Source of the DNA: Heptranchias perlo
Taxonomy: Eukaryota
NCBI RefSeq assembly: GCF_035084215.1
Contig: NC_090357.1
Location: 12,152,001 to 12,216,000 of the forward strand
DNA length: 64,000 nucleotides
Reading direction: 5' to 3'
In this document: positions 13,276-26,024 of the stretch, piece by piece
Numbering within the stretch: position 1 is the first letter of the stretch
Layout of the letters: each line of letters begins with the position of its first letter
Translations under genes and position numbers: made by a program
Notes under the pieces: model-generated
What the model was told of the DNA's origin: nothing
The model's database searches: none
Seen by the model: only the letters and a program-made list of their open reading frames with translations

Positions 13276-13406
13276 ACCAATAATGAAGGCTGCGAAGGGA
13301 GTGGCCTGCTTTCCTGGGTTGTCGGACAGTACAGAGAGATTGTGCTTTTAAGTTGAGTTAGATAACCCATCAGAGTGGGCTAACGCTTGTGTGTTGTTTA
13401 TTTTTG

Positions 13407-13613
13407 ATGTGGAGATGCCGGTGATGGACTGGGGTGGACAAATGTAAGGAGTCTTACAACACCAGGTTATAGTTCAACAGCTTTATTTAAAATCTCAAGC
13501 TTTCGGAGGCTTCCTCCTTTGTCAGGTGAGTGACGAAGGAGGAAGCCTCCGAAAGCTTGTGATTTTAAATAAAGCTGTTGGACTATAACCTGGTGTTGTA
13601 AAACTCCTTACAT
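13407..13613 (-). mobile_element. Palindromic Penelope-derived mini-element (subfamily B)
   Basis: About 85-bp inverted arms around loop GGTGAG (13525-13530), with a 33-nt tail on the left. TSD TTGTTTATTTTTG (13394-13406 / 13614-13626). Confidence 0.9.
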
Positions 13614-14369
13614 TTGTTTATTTTTGTAACAGTACACGGACGTACTGTAATGCGTACTGTGGAATAAAGCAGCTTGCAATATGAACCGAACTTTGGTGCT
13701 AATTAGGTCTACCTTTGGAGAGATTGAGGGAGTACATGTGCGTAAGGCACAGTATTATAATTACTTGCGTAAAATCACAATGCTCTTACACTCCAGCTGA
13801 AGACTATGGCCCATGTTTCTGTGGTCATAAGTAGAAACTCCCATTTAGTTTGCAGTCTAACTTACATTTAGAATATAACTGTTCATGGGAAAGCCGACGA
13901 TTCCATCTATGTCACCTCATGGAAAGCCCATCTCCTGGCAATGGAATGCCATTGTAGCAGGAGCCACGGACTTGTCTGCCTTCCAGCTATCAGCAGTTAC
14001 AGGAATAAAAGGAGAAGAAGGGGAAGATATGTAAATATACTGCAGATTGAGTACTGAATGCTCCATTTGCAAACAGCAAATCTCTTCCATTTCATTTGAG
14101 TGTTGGCTGGTTGTGAACATCTTTCATTTGTATTATTTTCATTGAAAAGTTGAGCTTATTTCCATGTCTTTTTTCCACAATTCCCATCATAGAAAAAAAG
14201 GAAACTGCATCCATAAAAAATTTAGGGAACAGACAAAATAAAACCCATTACTTCGTGGCATGGAAGAAATGTGTTTTCCTTGCACACATTCTGAAATCCA
14301 TATAGCATACTAACTTAATCAGTTATGGAGGGAAGGAGAGTGTGAAAACCTATTTTAAGCAGAACATAT

Positions 14370-14810
14370 TTCTTTTCAATCCCTCCCCAGTTTTCTCCCT
14401 TGTAGTCACACTGGGGTTTCATGTATACTAGCTGCCTTCCAGTGCCTTACCCAAGTGGCCAATTTTCATGTGTGAGCCTAGACATCACAACGCAGCCTGC
14501 TCCTGTCCTACTCAATTTCTACCGTGTCAATACTGGAATACATTCTGAATCAGAGGATCCTGTTAAAATATAAAATACACACAACAAAACCAAAAGCATT
14601 CCAGCAGAGGTTATATGGCAGCAATTAGGAGTGTGAACCCTAGCTGAATTTCTCCTTTCACTTGCCGAAGGGTACTGAGACCAGTTATAGTGGCTGTACT
14701 GCTGCCTAGCTGAAATCATATAGATTAAGCACAGGTTGGGGGATTGAATCTGGGATCTTTCTAGTCTGTACAGTTTGGCTACGGAATTGGACTGTGCCTT
14801 TACCACATGA
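14370..14810 (-). mobile_element. Ancient tRNA-derived SINE (family also at about 16005, 28078, 33073, 44520 and 52285)
   Basis: The reverse complement contains GTCTAGGCTCACACATGAAAATTGGCCACTTGGGTAAGG and TAGGACAGGAGCAGGCT blocks shared with the other copies. Confidence 0.6.
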
Positions 14811-16004
14811 CCCATTATGGGAGCAAAATAATGCATTTAGGACAAGAATGAGAACTTTTGTGACAACACTTGGATACAAGATCCTACTCGAGGGAAATGC
14901 TTTGCAGAAAAGTAGAGACCTTGCGACAATTCTGTCAGTTCTAACATTTGATTATCAGTGATTTTTCCATTGTTTTTCAAAATGACTAAGTTTTATAGTG
15001 TACACACTTAAAATAATTAAAAATGAAATTGTTATAAACCATACCATGTAAGCATGGCTTAAAGAAACTTTATTGCATGTTATATTTTGAAGCTTTAGTA
15101 AATCTAAAGCAAATAAAGCTGTCTGTAAAAGTAAATAAGATATATTTTCCTTACTAATAACAGAGAAAATACATCATTTTTGATGTAAAAGATTTACCAC
15201 TAATGGTTTTTAGCCAGAAACGTGGCTGAGGCTGTGTTTGGCCTTGTGGAAATCTGCTGGGCCCTAGAGAAGTGGATAAAGCATTTCATTGTCACATTGC
15301 CAGGCTACACACATGCAACTTAGTTTTCTTATTTGCTTCAGTCCCTGAGGTACCATTTGAATTAATCACCACACATGTAGTGTGTGGGTTGTGCCAAAGA
15401 ACCCCACATTACAGATTCAATAAAACAAATTTTAAAAATGCAACGCAAGCATATGTTAATGGGGAAGAGAAGAGAGTGGGTCGAGAGTCCATGTTAGAAC
15501 TTCGCAGTCAAAAATGTATCCACATTCTCCATAAAAGGTGTTTCTGTGGAAGGGCTTCAGAATGTAGCAATTACTGAAAGTGATAGCTTTATACTGAGAA
15601 TGCAGTCGATAGTTTGCTAAGTGTTTAAACATTTGAGTACTTATAATATGGAAGAATTATGCTCGATGTAATTCATATATTCTAGGAAAGCTAAATTCAT
15701 CAGTTGACTTATGGCCTGTGTTTAATTATAACATGCATTCCAGCCTGGAGAGGTAATACAGTTAATGTGACTATGGTTCTGAGCTGTATCACAAATATGG
15801 AACAGAAGCAGTAGATGGCGGTAGAATATCACAATTGCTGAGCAGGACTTTTTCACTTTAAAGTTTCATTGTATTTTTAAGATATGGCATTCCTTGTCTG
15901 TTTTGCCATAGCTGTATAGTGAGAGTAAGCTTTCAAATTTACATTGTTAAACTACCTCCATTAAGTTTTACTTGGTGCTCAGCTAGGATGGCTCAAAGTT
16001 GCTG

Positions 16005-16228
16005 GATTAGGAAGAAGGGTTCCTGCTCCCGATCCCATACCTATTGACCTGTGCAGGTGAGAACAGGATTGGGCTATTCTGTGATGCCCCAATGACTAAA
16101 CAGCCGACCAACTTATTGCCTAAGCTCGTGAAAACTGCCTGCTTGGGCCAGGTACTGAAGGGTTTCCAGTATCTGTGGAGCTGTACCTCCGCACGAATCG
16201 GCACCTTCAGGAGACAAGGGTAGAAAAT
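16005..16228 (+). mobile_element. 3' half of the same ancient SINE family
   Basis: GGGTTCCTGCTCCCGATC...GGTGAGAACAGGATTGGGCT...GTGATGCCCC...TTGGGCCAGGTACTG...CACCTTCAGGAGA. Confidence 0.6.
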
Positions 16229-17300
16229 TGAAGATCTCTTTATAAATGTAGCTTGACCACCACTAATTTTGTAAACTAGAATGGTGTACTGTTCTGTTAA
16301 ACAAAATTTAATTTTCCACTGTATTTAAGAAAACATTGAAACTGTTTTACCTTGAAGAGTGCATCTCGTTCCTCTTGTTTGTGCTCGTGTTAAAGATGCA
16401 CATGCAACAGATTGCACGCAGACCAACCACATTTAGAAGCAGCTAGGTGTAGCCATATTAATTTCTTCTTCAGATGTGTTTGTGCAATCATGGATTGGTA
16501 AACATTTACACATACAGAAAGTGTTTGTTTTTGTCTGTGACCAGCTCAGTAATTTACAGATTTTAAAAAAATCTAAAAGAAGTTAAATCCTTTTGTTATA
16601 TCCTTGATTTGTATCCCCTTTGAGCTCATTCAAGCAGCAGGTTTCCATAACACTAGATCCATATTTGTTTCAATCGATAATATTGATATTAAAAAGTATT
16701 TAAGCATTTCTTCAAAAAGCAATGCTATTTAATAAAAAGGCTTGCTTGTTGTTAAATTTGCATAATGACATATTAATTGTGGATTAAGATTACGTTTTGC
16801 AAAACCCTGCTGCTTGAATAGGCTGGCACGGCAGCAGTGAGAGCCATTGGTATCATTGCGTCCTAGCGATAGCATGACATACAGTGTTGTAAGTGAGCAC
16901 CTCTACTAAAAGTTGTGACAAAAAGTTGGAGTATGGGGGCTGTGGTCCAACAGTAGTACACAGGTGGAGGCATAATAAAAGGTCCAATTTACATTGGAAA
17001 TGGGATACTAAATTAAGAATTTAATATGAATTGATCACTAATTGAATCATTGAGATGCCTCACAAGTTCTTTGGAGCAACCTTTTCAGATCGTGTGTTAT
17101 TTGGGGTAGTGGGTTGTGGATTACTGATTAAGTATTCAGTGTGTAGTATAGGGACAATAATAAATACCTGAAAGTAATCTCATCAAGGGGTTAATCCAGT
17201 TTCAGTTATCTGTATACTGTTTATAATTACACTGTTTCAGCTTGCTTTTTGTATGCAATGAGGAATGGGGTTATTCTGTATTGGCATGCTTTTGTCTACC

Positions 17301-17509
17301 GTTGTAAACAATTTTACAACACCAAGTTATAGTCCAGCAATTTTATTTTAACTTCACAAGCTTTCGGAGGCTTCCTCCTTCCTCAGGTAAATGAGGAAGG
17401 AGGAAGCCTCCGAAAGCTTGTGAAGTTAAAATAAAATTGCTGGACTATAACTTGGTGTTGTAAAATTGTTTACAATTGTCAACCCCAGTCCATCACCGGC
17501 ATCTCCACA
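17301..17509 (+). mobile_element. Palindromic Penelope-derived mini-element (subfamily A)
   Basis: Perfect 84-bp arms (17302-17385 / 17392-17475) around loop GGTAAA, then tail ACCCCAGTCCATCACCGGCATCTCCACA. TSD TTTTGTCTACC (17290-17300 / 17510-17520). Confidence 0.92.
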
Positions 17510-19109
17510 TTTTGTCTACCAGCAGCTGACTGGTTGTAGCCTTTAAATATTCTGTGATGATGTCCACATAAAAGGATTAATAATTGTAGTAACTTTATTA
17601 AGACATTCTGCATTGATTACTAGGAAATATTGTACATGTATTAAAAAAAAGTTTATCTTATGTGAAAGTGGTCATTCAAACTGTCATTATAGAGGTGGTA
17701 CAGGATACACTGATGTACAACATTTATACTTGACTGACAAAAGTGGTCTCAACTCAGAAATATTAATACCTTCAACAGTGCAATGGTTCATTCCTGCCCA
17801 CCACATGCTTTATGGCACAAGTTTTGACTTTGATATATATTCCAATTTTTAAAAAAAATCTTTGTATTTAATAGTACTTCAGGAACTAGCATTGGAAGAT
17901 GGAGCACTATGTCTTGACAATGGTGCAGCTGAGCTGGAAAGCTTCTATTTGTTGATTCTTTCTAATCAGTTCCCGTAAAACATTGCGGTTGTTAACACAA
18001 TCACTGCGTTTGTTTCAACTGGATTTAATTTCTGATCGCAATTTGAAATCAGACCGAGTAAAACAAACAAAGGCATAGAATTTTCGATGTGTTGGTGATG
18101 AAGGTATGATCTGCTTTGCTACTAAGATGCCACTTGTGGTGAGATATATATTATGTGGATGTATACTCATTGTATATAGACTGCTATTTTGTCAGACTTT
18201 AAATTTTCTCACAGAAGTAGCTGCATATGTTAAACAATACAATTTATTTCTTATTGTCTGCCAGTGAAAACATTTGGAGGTGCTTTATTGACATTGTTTA
18301 AACACTCTACACTGTAATAGCATTCTTCCACATGGATTGGATTTCTTAAGTATTCCAGCAGTATCTCTGTGTTTTGTCAAGAAATCTGGGATTTGTAGCA
18401 TTTTCAGTAGAGGATGATTTGGTAATTGGCCCCAAAGGATTAGTGAGAAGTCAGTGTTGGACAAGGCTGAGTTTTATTTTTGTTTTGCTCCCGCTCCCCA
18501 AGAAAAAATTGTAAGGAAAACCACAATTTTCATTGGCTCTCTCAGTTTTTTCAGATGATCTGTGAACATTTGAGGTCTCTTCAAGCCATTATCTTTTATT
18601 TAGAGAGATGCTTAATTTATTGTGCTCTTCTGATTTCAGATTTCCCCCTGCAAGAACTTCAGATTACTGTAGTTTATCATGAACTGAAGCCATGTTTTCA
18701 CAGACAGGAACGATTTATCTCTTTCACTTATGTTTTTCCCTTCAGGAATTCTGGCAGTAACACCCATGAAGAATAACACAGTTGATGCCAGTTGTTACTG
18801 TTGCTATGTTATTCTTAAGGGTGTCAACAAGGGTCTTCTAGCAATTGTTGCATTTTAAAATGTGACAGTGTTACTCGTGGAAATTAAGAGGGTAAACCAT
18901 TACTGTTGAAGCCAGTTGAATTTGCACTTTTGACAATGCTGGTCTTTTACTACAGTTGTAATGGAAGAATTCACTCTGTTCTGGATACAATGGGTTTCAG
19001 GTCAAGATCAATGTGTGCATGCAGCTGCTATATTCTGTGTTGTGCTTCACTTCCGTCCTAACGAGTTTTGTTTCTCATTACACTATTCAAAGTCAAATTC
19101 ATTGGTCGT

Positions 19110-19171
19110 GTTCCTCCTCCCTATCAAGGCCATTGATCTTGTTCCTCCTCCCTATCAAGGCCATTGATCTT
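19110..19171. repeat. Perfect 31-bp tandem duplication at the 5' junction of a Penelope mini-insertion
   Basis: GTTCCTCCTCCCTATCAAGGCCATTGATCTT occurs twice in tandem. Confidence 0.95.
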
Positions 19172-19262
19172 GTGAATTTAAAATAAAATTGCTGGACTAT
19201 AACTTGGTGTTGTAAAATTGTTTACAATTGTCAACCCCAGTCCATCACCGGCATCTCCACAT
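19169..19262 (+). mobile_element. Short Penelope-derived insertion (subfamily A), 3' arm plus tail
   Basis: CTTGTGAATTTAAAATAAAATTGCTGGACTATAAC...GGCATCTCCACAT, with CATTGAT on both sides. Confidence 0.88.
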
Positions 19263-20429
19263 CATTGATACATTAAGTTTCAGATGGAAGGTAGGTAGAT
19301 GGATGAGTGTGTTGTGTCTGACATTAGTAATGCTCCTTCAGAGTTGAGAGCAGACCTACTTGAGTGTAAGACACGGAACGAAAGTCCTTCCCTTTATCAG
19401 TGATGAACACTTCAGTGGTCGAGTTATGAACATTGGGGCTCAGTTAGCAAACAGTGAAATCCAACATAGTGCTTAACTTGGCTTCAGTGGCACTGTTGGC
19501 ACTCAAATCTATAACCATAGGAGCATAAAGTAAGCATACAAACAACCATGGACTACTGGTGCTCATATCTGTAACTATAGGAGTGTGAGGTAAGCATTGT
19601 CTACTTCTTCTCCATGTTCTAGTGAAATGTCTCCAATATGAGTTTCATCTCTCAAACTGACTCCTGCGTAAAAGTGGTGGCAACCAAAGTGAACATAAGT
19701 ACACTTGAAATTGACCTCAGTTGAATTCTATTCCCTCAGTTAATTGGGGCTAACTACAGTGGCTGTGTTATTGTACAGTGAAACCATTGTTAAACAGTTA
19801 TGGTGTAGAATGACCAAAGGTGGTTGTGGAGGATAGGAGGCTCATTAATCCAGGTTAACAATGATTCATTTTTGTAACCTGATAACTAACTGCAGCTGAA
19901 TGCAGTCCTTTTAATACCCAGTGTATTTCTACTAGTCGTGCTTTCAAAGAATTTCTCACTCACCAGTTTCTGTTCTGTCTAGTATTTTCAGTGGGTTACA
20001 TACTCCTCAGTTTCTGTTATTGTAAGCAGACCAGATATGTATTTTCTGTGGCTTCTTGTTTTATTTTTAACTGTGTTCATTTATAATTATACTTTGGCAA
20101 GCAAAATAATTGATTTTAATCAATAGAAGCTTTTGATCTCTTTGACCCACGTTGTACAAAGATTGGCTGAAGTACTTCCTAATAAGTTCGTAAAGTCAAA
20201 AACATCAAATGTCAACAAAAACATTAGCAAGATGGTAACAATTAGGAAAAAAAATTATAGTTCTCCGTACTTGCCAAGGTAATGCAGTTATGACAGAGAA
20301 ACACATCGTTGAATCGAATCTTGAGCAAGCCTTCTCCATCACAGACCTTAGGGGTCACTAACAATACAATTTATCGTAGGACAATTCTTTTTCAACCAGC
20401 TCCTATATTGGCCTTGGAGGGGCTACAGG

Positions 20430-20891
20430 GCCTTCACCAGAATTAAATCAGGCATATTAAAGCGTTACATTTGGAGGAGAGGCTGCAAAACGTGGCTTGT
20501 ATTCCCCTGAGTTTGGAAGGTTGAGGGATGATCTACTTGAGGTTTTTGAAATGATAAAGGGATTCGATAGGATGGATACAGAGAAACAATTTCCTCTGGT
20601 GGGGGGAATCCAGAAGAAGGGGGCATAATCTTATAATTAGAGCTAGGCCATTTGGGAGTGAAATCAAGAAGCATGTTTTCACCTAAAGGCAAGTGGAATT
20701 CTGGAACTCTCCACCACAAGGCTGTGCATGCTGGGTCTATTGAAATTTTCAAGGCTGAGGTCGATAGATTTTTGTTGGGAAAGGGTATCAAGGGATATGG
20801 AGCAAAAGTGGGTAAATGGAGCTGAGGTACAGATTAGCCATGATCTCACTGAATGGCTCAAGGGGCTGAACAGCCTACTCATGTTCCTATG
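20430..20891 (+). mobile_element. CR1 3' fragment
   Basis: Decayed ERL..LGL / LRDDLLEVF segment and a CR1 3' UTR ending GCCTACTCATGTTCCTATG. Confidence 0.85.
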
Positions 20892-21739
20892 AATATAGTT
20901 GATTTACTGTAGACTTCCAGCCATGTTATGTTAGCACATGGCCATTTGGGAGTGTGTTTTGCAGTATCATAGTTTAACCTATATATATATATATATATAA
21001 CATATGAAATAGGAACAGGGGTAGGCCATATGGCCCCTCGAGCCTGCTCCGCCATTCAATAAAATCATGGCTGATCTTCGACCTCAACACCAATTTCCCG
21101 CTCGATTCCCTTAGAGTCCAAAAATCTATCTATCTCAGCCTTGAATATACTCAACTCAGCAGCCAGAGCCCTCTGGGGTAGAGAATTCCAAAGATTCACA
21201 ACCCGCTGAGTGTAGAAATGCCTCATGATCTCAATCATAAATGGCTGACTCCTTATCCTGAAACTATGCCCCCTAGTTCTAGACTCTCCAGCCAGGGGAA
21301 ACAACCTCTCAGCATCTCAATCTTTCTGAACAACAACATTTAATAGTTTCTCACCATTAAAAAATACTCTTTCTTTTTCTATTCTTCCTACCAATGTGAA
21401 TAACCTCACATTTCCCCACATTACCTGTCACCTTCTTGCCTACTCATTTAACCTGTCCATATCCCTTTACAGACTCTTTGGGCTCAATATTAGCAGGGCG
21501 GTGGGTTCTCAGCGGGGGGTCGACTGGGCGCGTAGGTAACGTGCCCGGTGAAATCGGGGTGCTCCGCACGCAATTACAGGATAATTGGAGCCACTTACCC
21601 GTGCTTCCGGGTTTCCCGCTGGTAAGCTGCGCGGCGGGCGGACTGCGCATGCGCAGCAAGGTCTGTCAGCTGGAGGAGCCCTATTTAAAGGGGCAGTCCT
21701 CCACTGACTGATGCTGCAGAAAATAGGAAAAATTACAGC

Positions 21740-21986
21740 ATGGAGCAGCCCAGGAGGAAGGCTGCTCCCAGGTTTAATGTTGCCTCACTCCAGGTATCAT
21801 TGGATGGGGTGAGGAGGAGGGGGAGGACAGAGATCCTCCCCCCCGGCGGGCGGGAGGAAGCGGCCTGCCTCTGCCACCAAGAAGGCCTGGCTCGAGGTGG
21901 CAGAGGAGGTCACCAGCACCACCAACATATTGCGCACCTGCATACAGTGCAGGAGGCGCTTCAATCACCTAAGTAGGTCAGCCGAA
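21740..21986 (+). pseudogene. Harbinger Myb/SANT-like DNA-binding protein, first coding exon (frameshifted)
   Basis: MEQPRRKAAPRFNVASLQVSLDGVRRR... shifts frame to AWLEVAEEVTSTTNILRTCIQCRRRFNHL. A GTGAGT donor follows at 21987, and a TATTTAAA lies at about 21683. Confidence 0.8.
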
Positions 21987-22529
21987 GTGAGTACACTTAG
22001 TCATTCCCCTACACTCCATCTGCCACATCACCGCCCCCACCCCACATCTCCTTCTGCACTGCCAACACTATTCTATCACATCACCCCTCACACCCACTCA
22101 AAGCTCATCCTCATCTTACCTGCTCTTACTCACCTCGCCAGTACTCATCCCACCACTACCACTCAACCCAATCCTCATACAATCTCATGGCTGAATCTCA
22201 TACTCACCCTCTGATGCATCTCTTTCACGGTCAGCCTCACTCAACCTGCCACGACCTGTGCTGCAGCCACAGGGCATGCATCACATATGTGCAGTAGGAA
22301 GCGTAAGGCAAACATGTCGTGAGCATGAAGGGTGTTTGAGGATTTGTCATGGTGTTTACCTATATTTAATTTCTGATCAACTCACATTACATATTATATT
22401 GTCACCACTACTGCCACGTCTTTGCAAATCTTGTCTGGTTTGTGCAATATTACCCTTTCCTGAGGATCACTATGAAGACCCACAACTGATGCCACCCATT
22501 GTGTCACTGCAGAGTGGGTGCAGGTGTAT

Positions 22530-22930
22530 TTGCAGGGCTCTTTTGTGCAGATGACTGAGAGACGTCGGCGATGTCCCCAGTGGCACCCTGGAAGGAGGCG
22601 GAGGAGAAGTTGTTGAGGGCAGTGGTGACTTTGATAGCGACAGGTAAGAAGATAGTGCTCGGGCCAGCCGGGAGCAGCTCGGCATGAAGGAGGCTGCAGA
22701 TGTCCACGGCTACATGTCCACGGAAGCTGAGCCTCGGTCTGTCAACCCTGTGGCGAGGGTAGTGCCCTCTGTGAAGCATCTCTCTCTGCCTTTGCCCTCC
22801 CTCCTGCTGTGCAGGTGGATGTGTCCCAGCACTGTGTTGTGGAGCTGCACGTGTTAGAGGTGCCTGGCGAGGCTGGTGATGCTGTTCGCCCTCCGAGGAG
22901 GTTATCACTGCAGCTACGGGGGCCCCTATC
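22530..22930 (-). pseudogene. Harbinger (HARBI1-like) transposase, N-terminal fragment
   Basis: RGHYPRHRVDRPRLSF...DICSLLHAELLP...LPVAIKVTTALNNFSSASFQGATGDIADVSQSSA matches the HTH region of Harbinger transposases. The DDE region is absent. Confidence 0.82.
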
Positions 22931-25900
22931 CGGAAGATGTAAATTTGAGGGGGTCCACAAAGTAGGTAAATGTGTCTGGACACCGGGGTAAGTGTGCAAG
23001 TTTATGCATTTGATTGTTAGGAGGAGGGTGGTGGAGGCCAAACTTTGTCCAAACTGACAGAGTGGCCTCCTGCAATGAGTGAGTGAGGGTCTCCCCCCCC
23101 CCCCCCCCCCCCCCACCTGTCAAATGGACTTTTGCAGATGCCACAGGCTGGTGGCTGCAACACGTCCATTTCAACTGGGAGTGTTTCCCCCAGTACGGGA
23201 AACAGTCTCAGTTAATTGCAAAATCCGATCCCTCCTAAAATATCAGGTCAATCAGGTCTGTAAACAACCTGAAGTACCTGTTCAATTACTTTAATTGGCA
23301 CCCTGACGGCTTTAATTGCTGGCGGGAGTCCCACATGCGGGGGCTGCGCACGCATGTGAGCGCGTCACTGGGGAACCTGGAAATGGGGCGGGTTGGAGCC
23401 GGGCTCCGGACCCGCCCCAGGAATCCCACATTTTCGCAGCCCCCCCCCCCCTCCCGCCACCAACGCACCAACGCAGGTGCGAAAATAGAGCCCTTTGTGT
23501 CCTCCTCACAGCTTACTTTCCCACCTACTTTTGTATAGTCAGCAAACTCGGTCCCTTCATCTAAGTCATTAATATAGATTGTAAATAGCTGAGGCCCAAG
23601 CACCAATCCGTGCGGTATTCCACAGCCTGCCAACCTGAAAATGACCTGTTTATCCCTACTCTCTGTTCTCTGTCCGTTAACCAATCTTCTATCCATGCTA
23701 ATATATTACCCCTATCCCTATGAGCCCTTATCTTGTGTAACAACCTTTTACGGTGGCATCTTATCAAATGCCTTTTGAAAATCCAAATATACTACAAACC
23801 ACTGGTTCCCCTTTATCTACCCTGCTCGTTACATCCTCAAAAAACTCTAATAAACTTGTCAAACATGATTTCCCTTTCATAAAACCATGTTGACTCTGCC
23901 TTCTATTATGATTTTCTAAATGCCCTGATACCACTTCCTTAATAACGGATTCCAGCATTTTCCCGACGACTGATGTCAGGCTAACTGGCCTGTAGTTCCC
24001 TGTTTTCTCTCTCCCTCCTTTCTTGAACAGCGGGGTTGTATTTGCTACCTTTCAATCCGCTGGGACCATTCCAGAATCTAGGGAATTTTGGATATTTAAC
24101 AGCTGAAAAATATACTGTGGGATGAATTATCTAAAGAAGGTAGTAAGGAAATGGAGGTGGAGAGAGGGTAGGGGGCAGCAACACTAATGGAATCTTTGTG
24201 TTTTGTGGCATGGCTGCTTCAGTTTTACTGCAGGTATAAAATCCACAAATAAGTTTCACTGCTGCAAATAGGTTTCTAAATTGACCAAAGGGGTGTATCT
24301 TTTGATAACACTAGCATAAAGAAATCCCATGTCCCATTATTACATTTCTGCTTTGTTTAAGCAGCATTGTATGTTTGATCCATTTCCTTGAGCATTGACA
24401 TAAAAAAGCTGTAAGGAATGATCCAGAAGATTTAAATCACTGGAGGCTACATGTTTCACAGTAGAATCTGCTGAATCACTCTTGTAGCCACACATACATG
24501 CATGAAACACGCTTTTAAAATTTTAAAAACATTCGAACAATATAATCTGTCTTAATCTTTTCTCACTAGCTAATCGAAAGACATTTTAGAATTATTTTGC
24601 CTCCTAATAAAAAATACAATTTTCTCAGTTACTAGCCAAGTCCATGAAAGTTACTGTTCGTATATTGAAGATATGTCTTGGATATATAGGGTTGAAATCT
24701 TTTGGGGAAAGATAATAATTTGTCATATCTTAATAGTTGGAACAATCGTAGAATCACTGATCCATGTCCTATTCCTTATCCTCTTCTCTTATGCTTTATT
24801 TATAGCAGGAGGCTGTAGTATAAAAGTCAGCATATTAGAACCTGAATAGGTCTGCAGTGGATCTCAACAATACTTCATTTCACCCTGTTCCCAGCAAGAA
24901 GCAAATCATTTTGTGGCTGGCTCCCTGCAGAGGTTAAGTCAATGTTGACAATAGATCCCTGGACACCTGACGGGAGTTAAATTGTTAAACTGGTGTAAGG
25001 CCATTCTTCAGTTGTTTTACTGATATTAATTTTTGCCTGGACTTACAGTGCTTTTGATTATGACTTGCCAGGAACTAACCGTGTTAAAGCTGAGAAGGCA
25101 GGGAAAATAGATTGTAAAACAACAGTTTAATCTTTTCACACAGCTCCATAAAGAGTAAAAGGCCATCGCCTGCGGTTCTCTTCAATTCTGGCTTAAAGCA
25201 AGATTGTCTGCTAAATATTTGTTGCGCAACACTCACTTATTATTAAATCTACGTAATCTGACATTACAAAACCACTGTTCTTGCATTATGCATAAAAAAA
25301 CAATTTACAGATACCCAGATAGTCTTTACATCAGTAGGGGAGAAAAATCCAGCTGGAAAGTAAGTGCATATGAACAGATTTATCTAAATCAAGATTCTGT
25401 GATTGGTGTTCCTGTTTATTGGACTATTTCAGATGTCATGAGTATATCCAGTCGGTCCTTCCATGTTACAAGAGGATTAATTTTCTAAATTCCTGGCCAC
25501 AGGGAGCTTTAATTAAATATTTTATGGTTTTTCCTTATTAAATTTGCGACTTAAAAAAGTAATGAGCCATATGCTTTCACTATTTGATTAAATAAATGCT
25601 TCCGTATGAATTATATTTCCAATTGTCACATGAATGTAAAAGTATAATGGATTCCCTTATCTTCATCATAGTTTGTTACACTTAGTGAATGAAATCAGAC
25701 TGTGCATTACAGCCAACACATACACTAAATGTGTGTTAATGTGTAGTAATTTGCTGTGATAGCATTAATGGGTTTTGCCCATCCTTCTAAAATGCGCTGG
25801 ATTGTACTACATTAATACAAAAGCTCAATATTAATGATTTTTGGCTTGTTAAATACCAATTAACACTAAATGTGCAGCTATAATCACGCTAGCCTTTGAA

Positions 25901-26024
25901 CCTACATTATGTTAATAGCATCTGGTGTAAAAGTGGTATTAAGACATTGGGGAAGATCGGTCGAAGCCGTGTCTGAAGGAGGAAACATTGGAAAATTAAC
26001 TCAATTGTTTCAGTCCACACAGCA

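Larger units (their letters stand above)
21480..23493. mobile_element. Internally deleted PIF/Harbinger DNA transposon with convergent Myb/SANT and transposase remnants
   Basis: TIRs GGGCTCAATATTAGCA / TGCGAAAATAGAGCCC and a TTT duplication. Two convergent gene fragments, the established Harbinger organisation. Confidence 0.88.
20998..24091 (-). mobile_element. CR1 LINE split by a Harbinger element (CR1 parts 20998-21479 and 23494-24091)
   Basis: Minus-strand ORFs give SQHGFMKGKSCLTSLLEFFEDVT, LGPQLFTIYINDLD and FYTQRVVNLWNSLP. The CR1 sequence AGACTCTTT|GTGTCC is continuous across the insertion. Confidence 0.92.

Noticed and set aside
15214-15323. Possible exon after TTTTTAG (RNVAEAVFGLVEICWALEKWIKHF...)
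   Set aside because: It does not match the expected SNX19 exon, runs into a stop and has no convincing donor.
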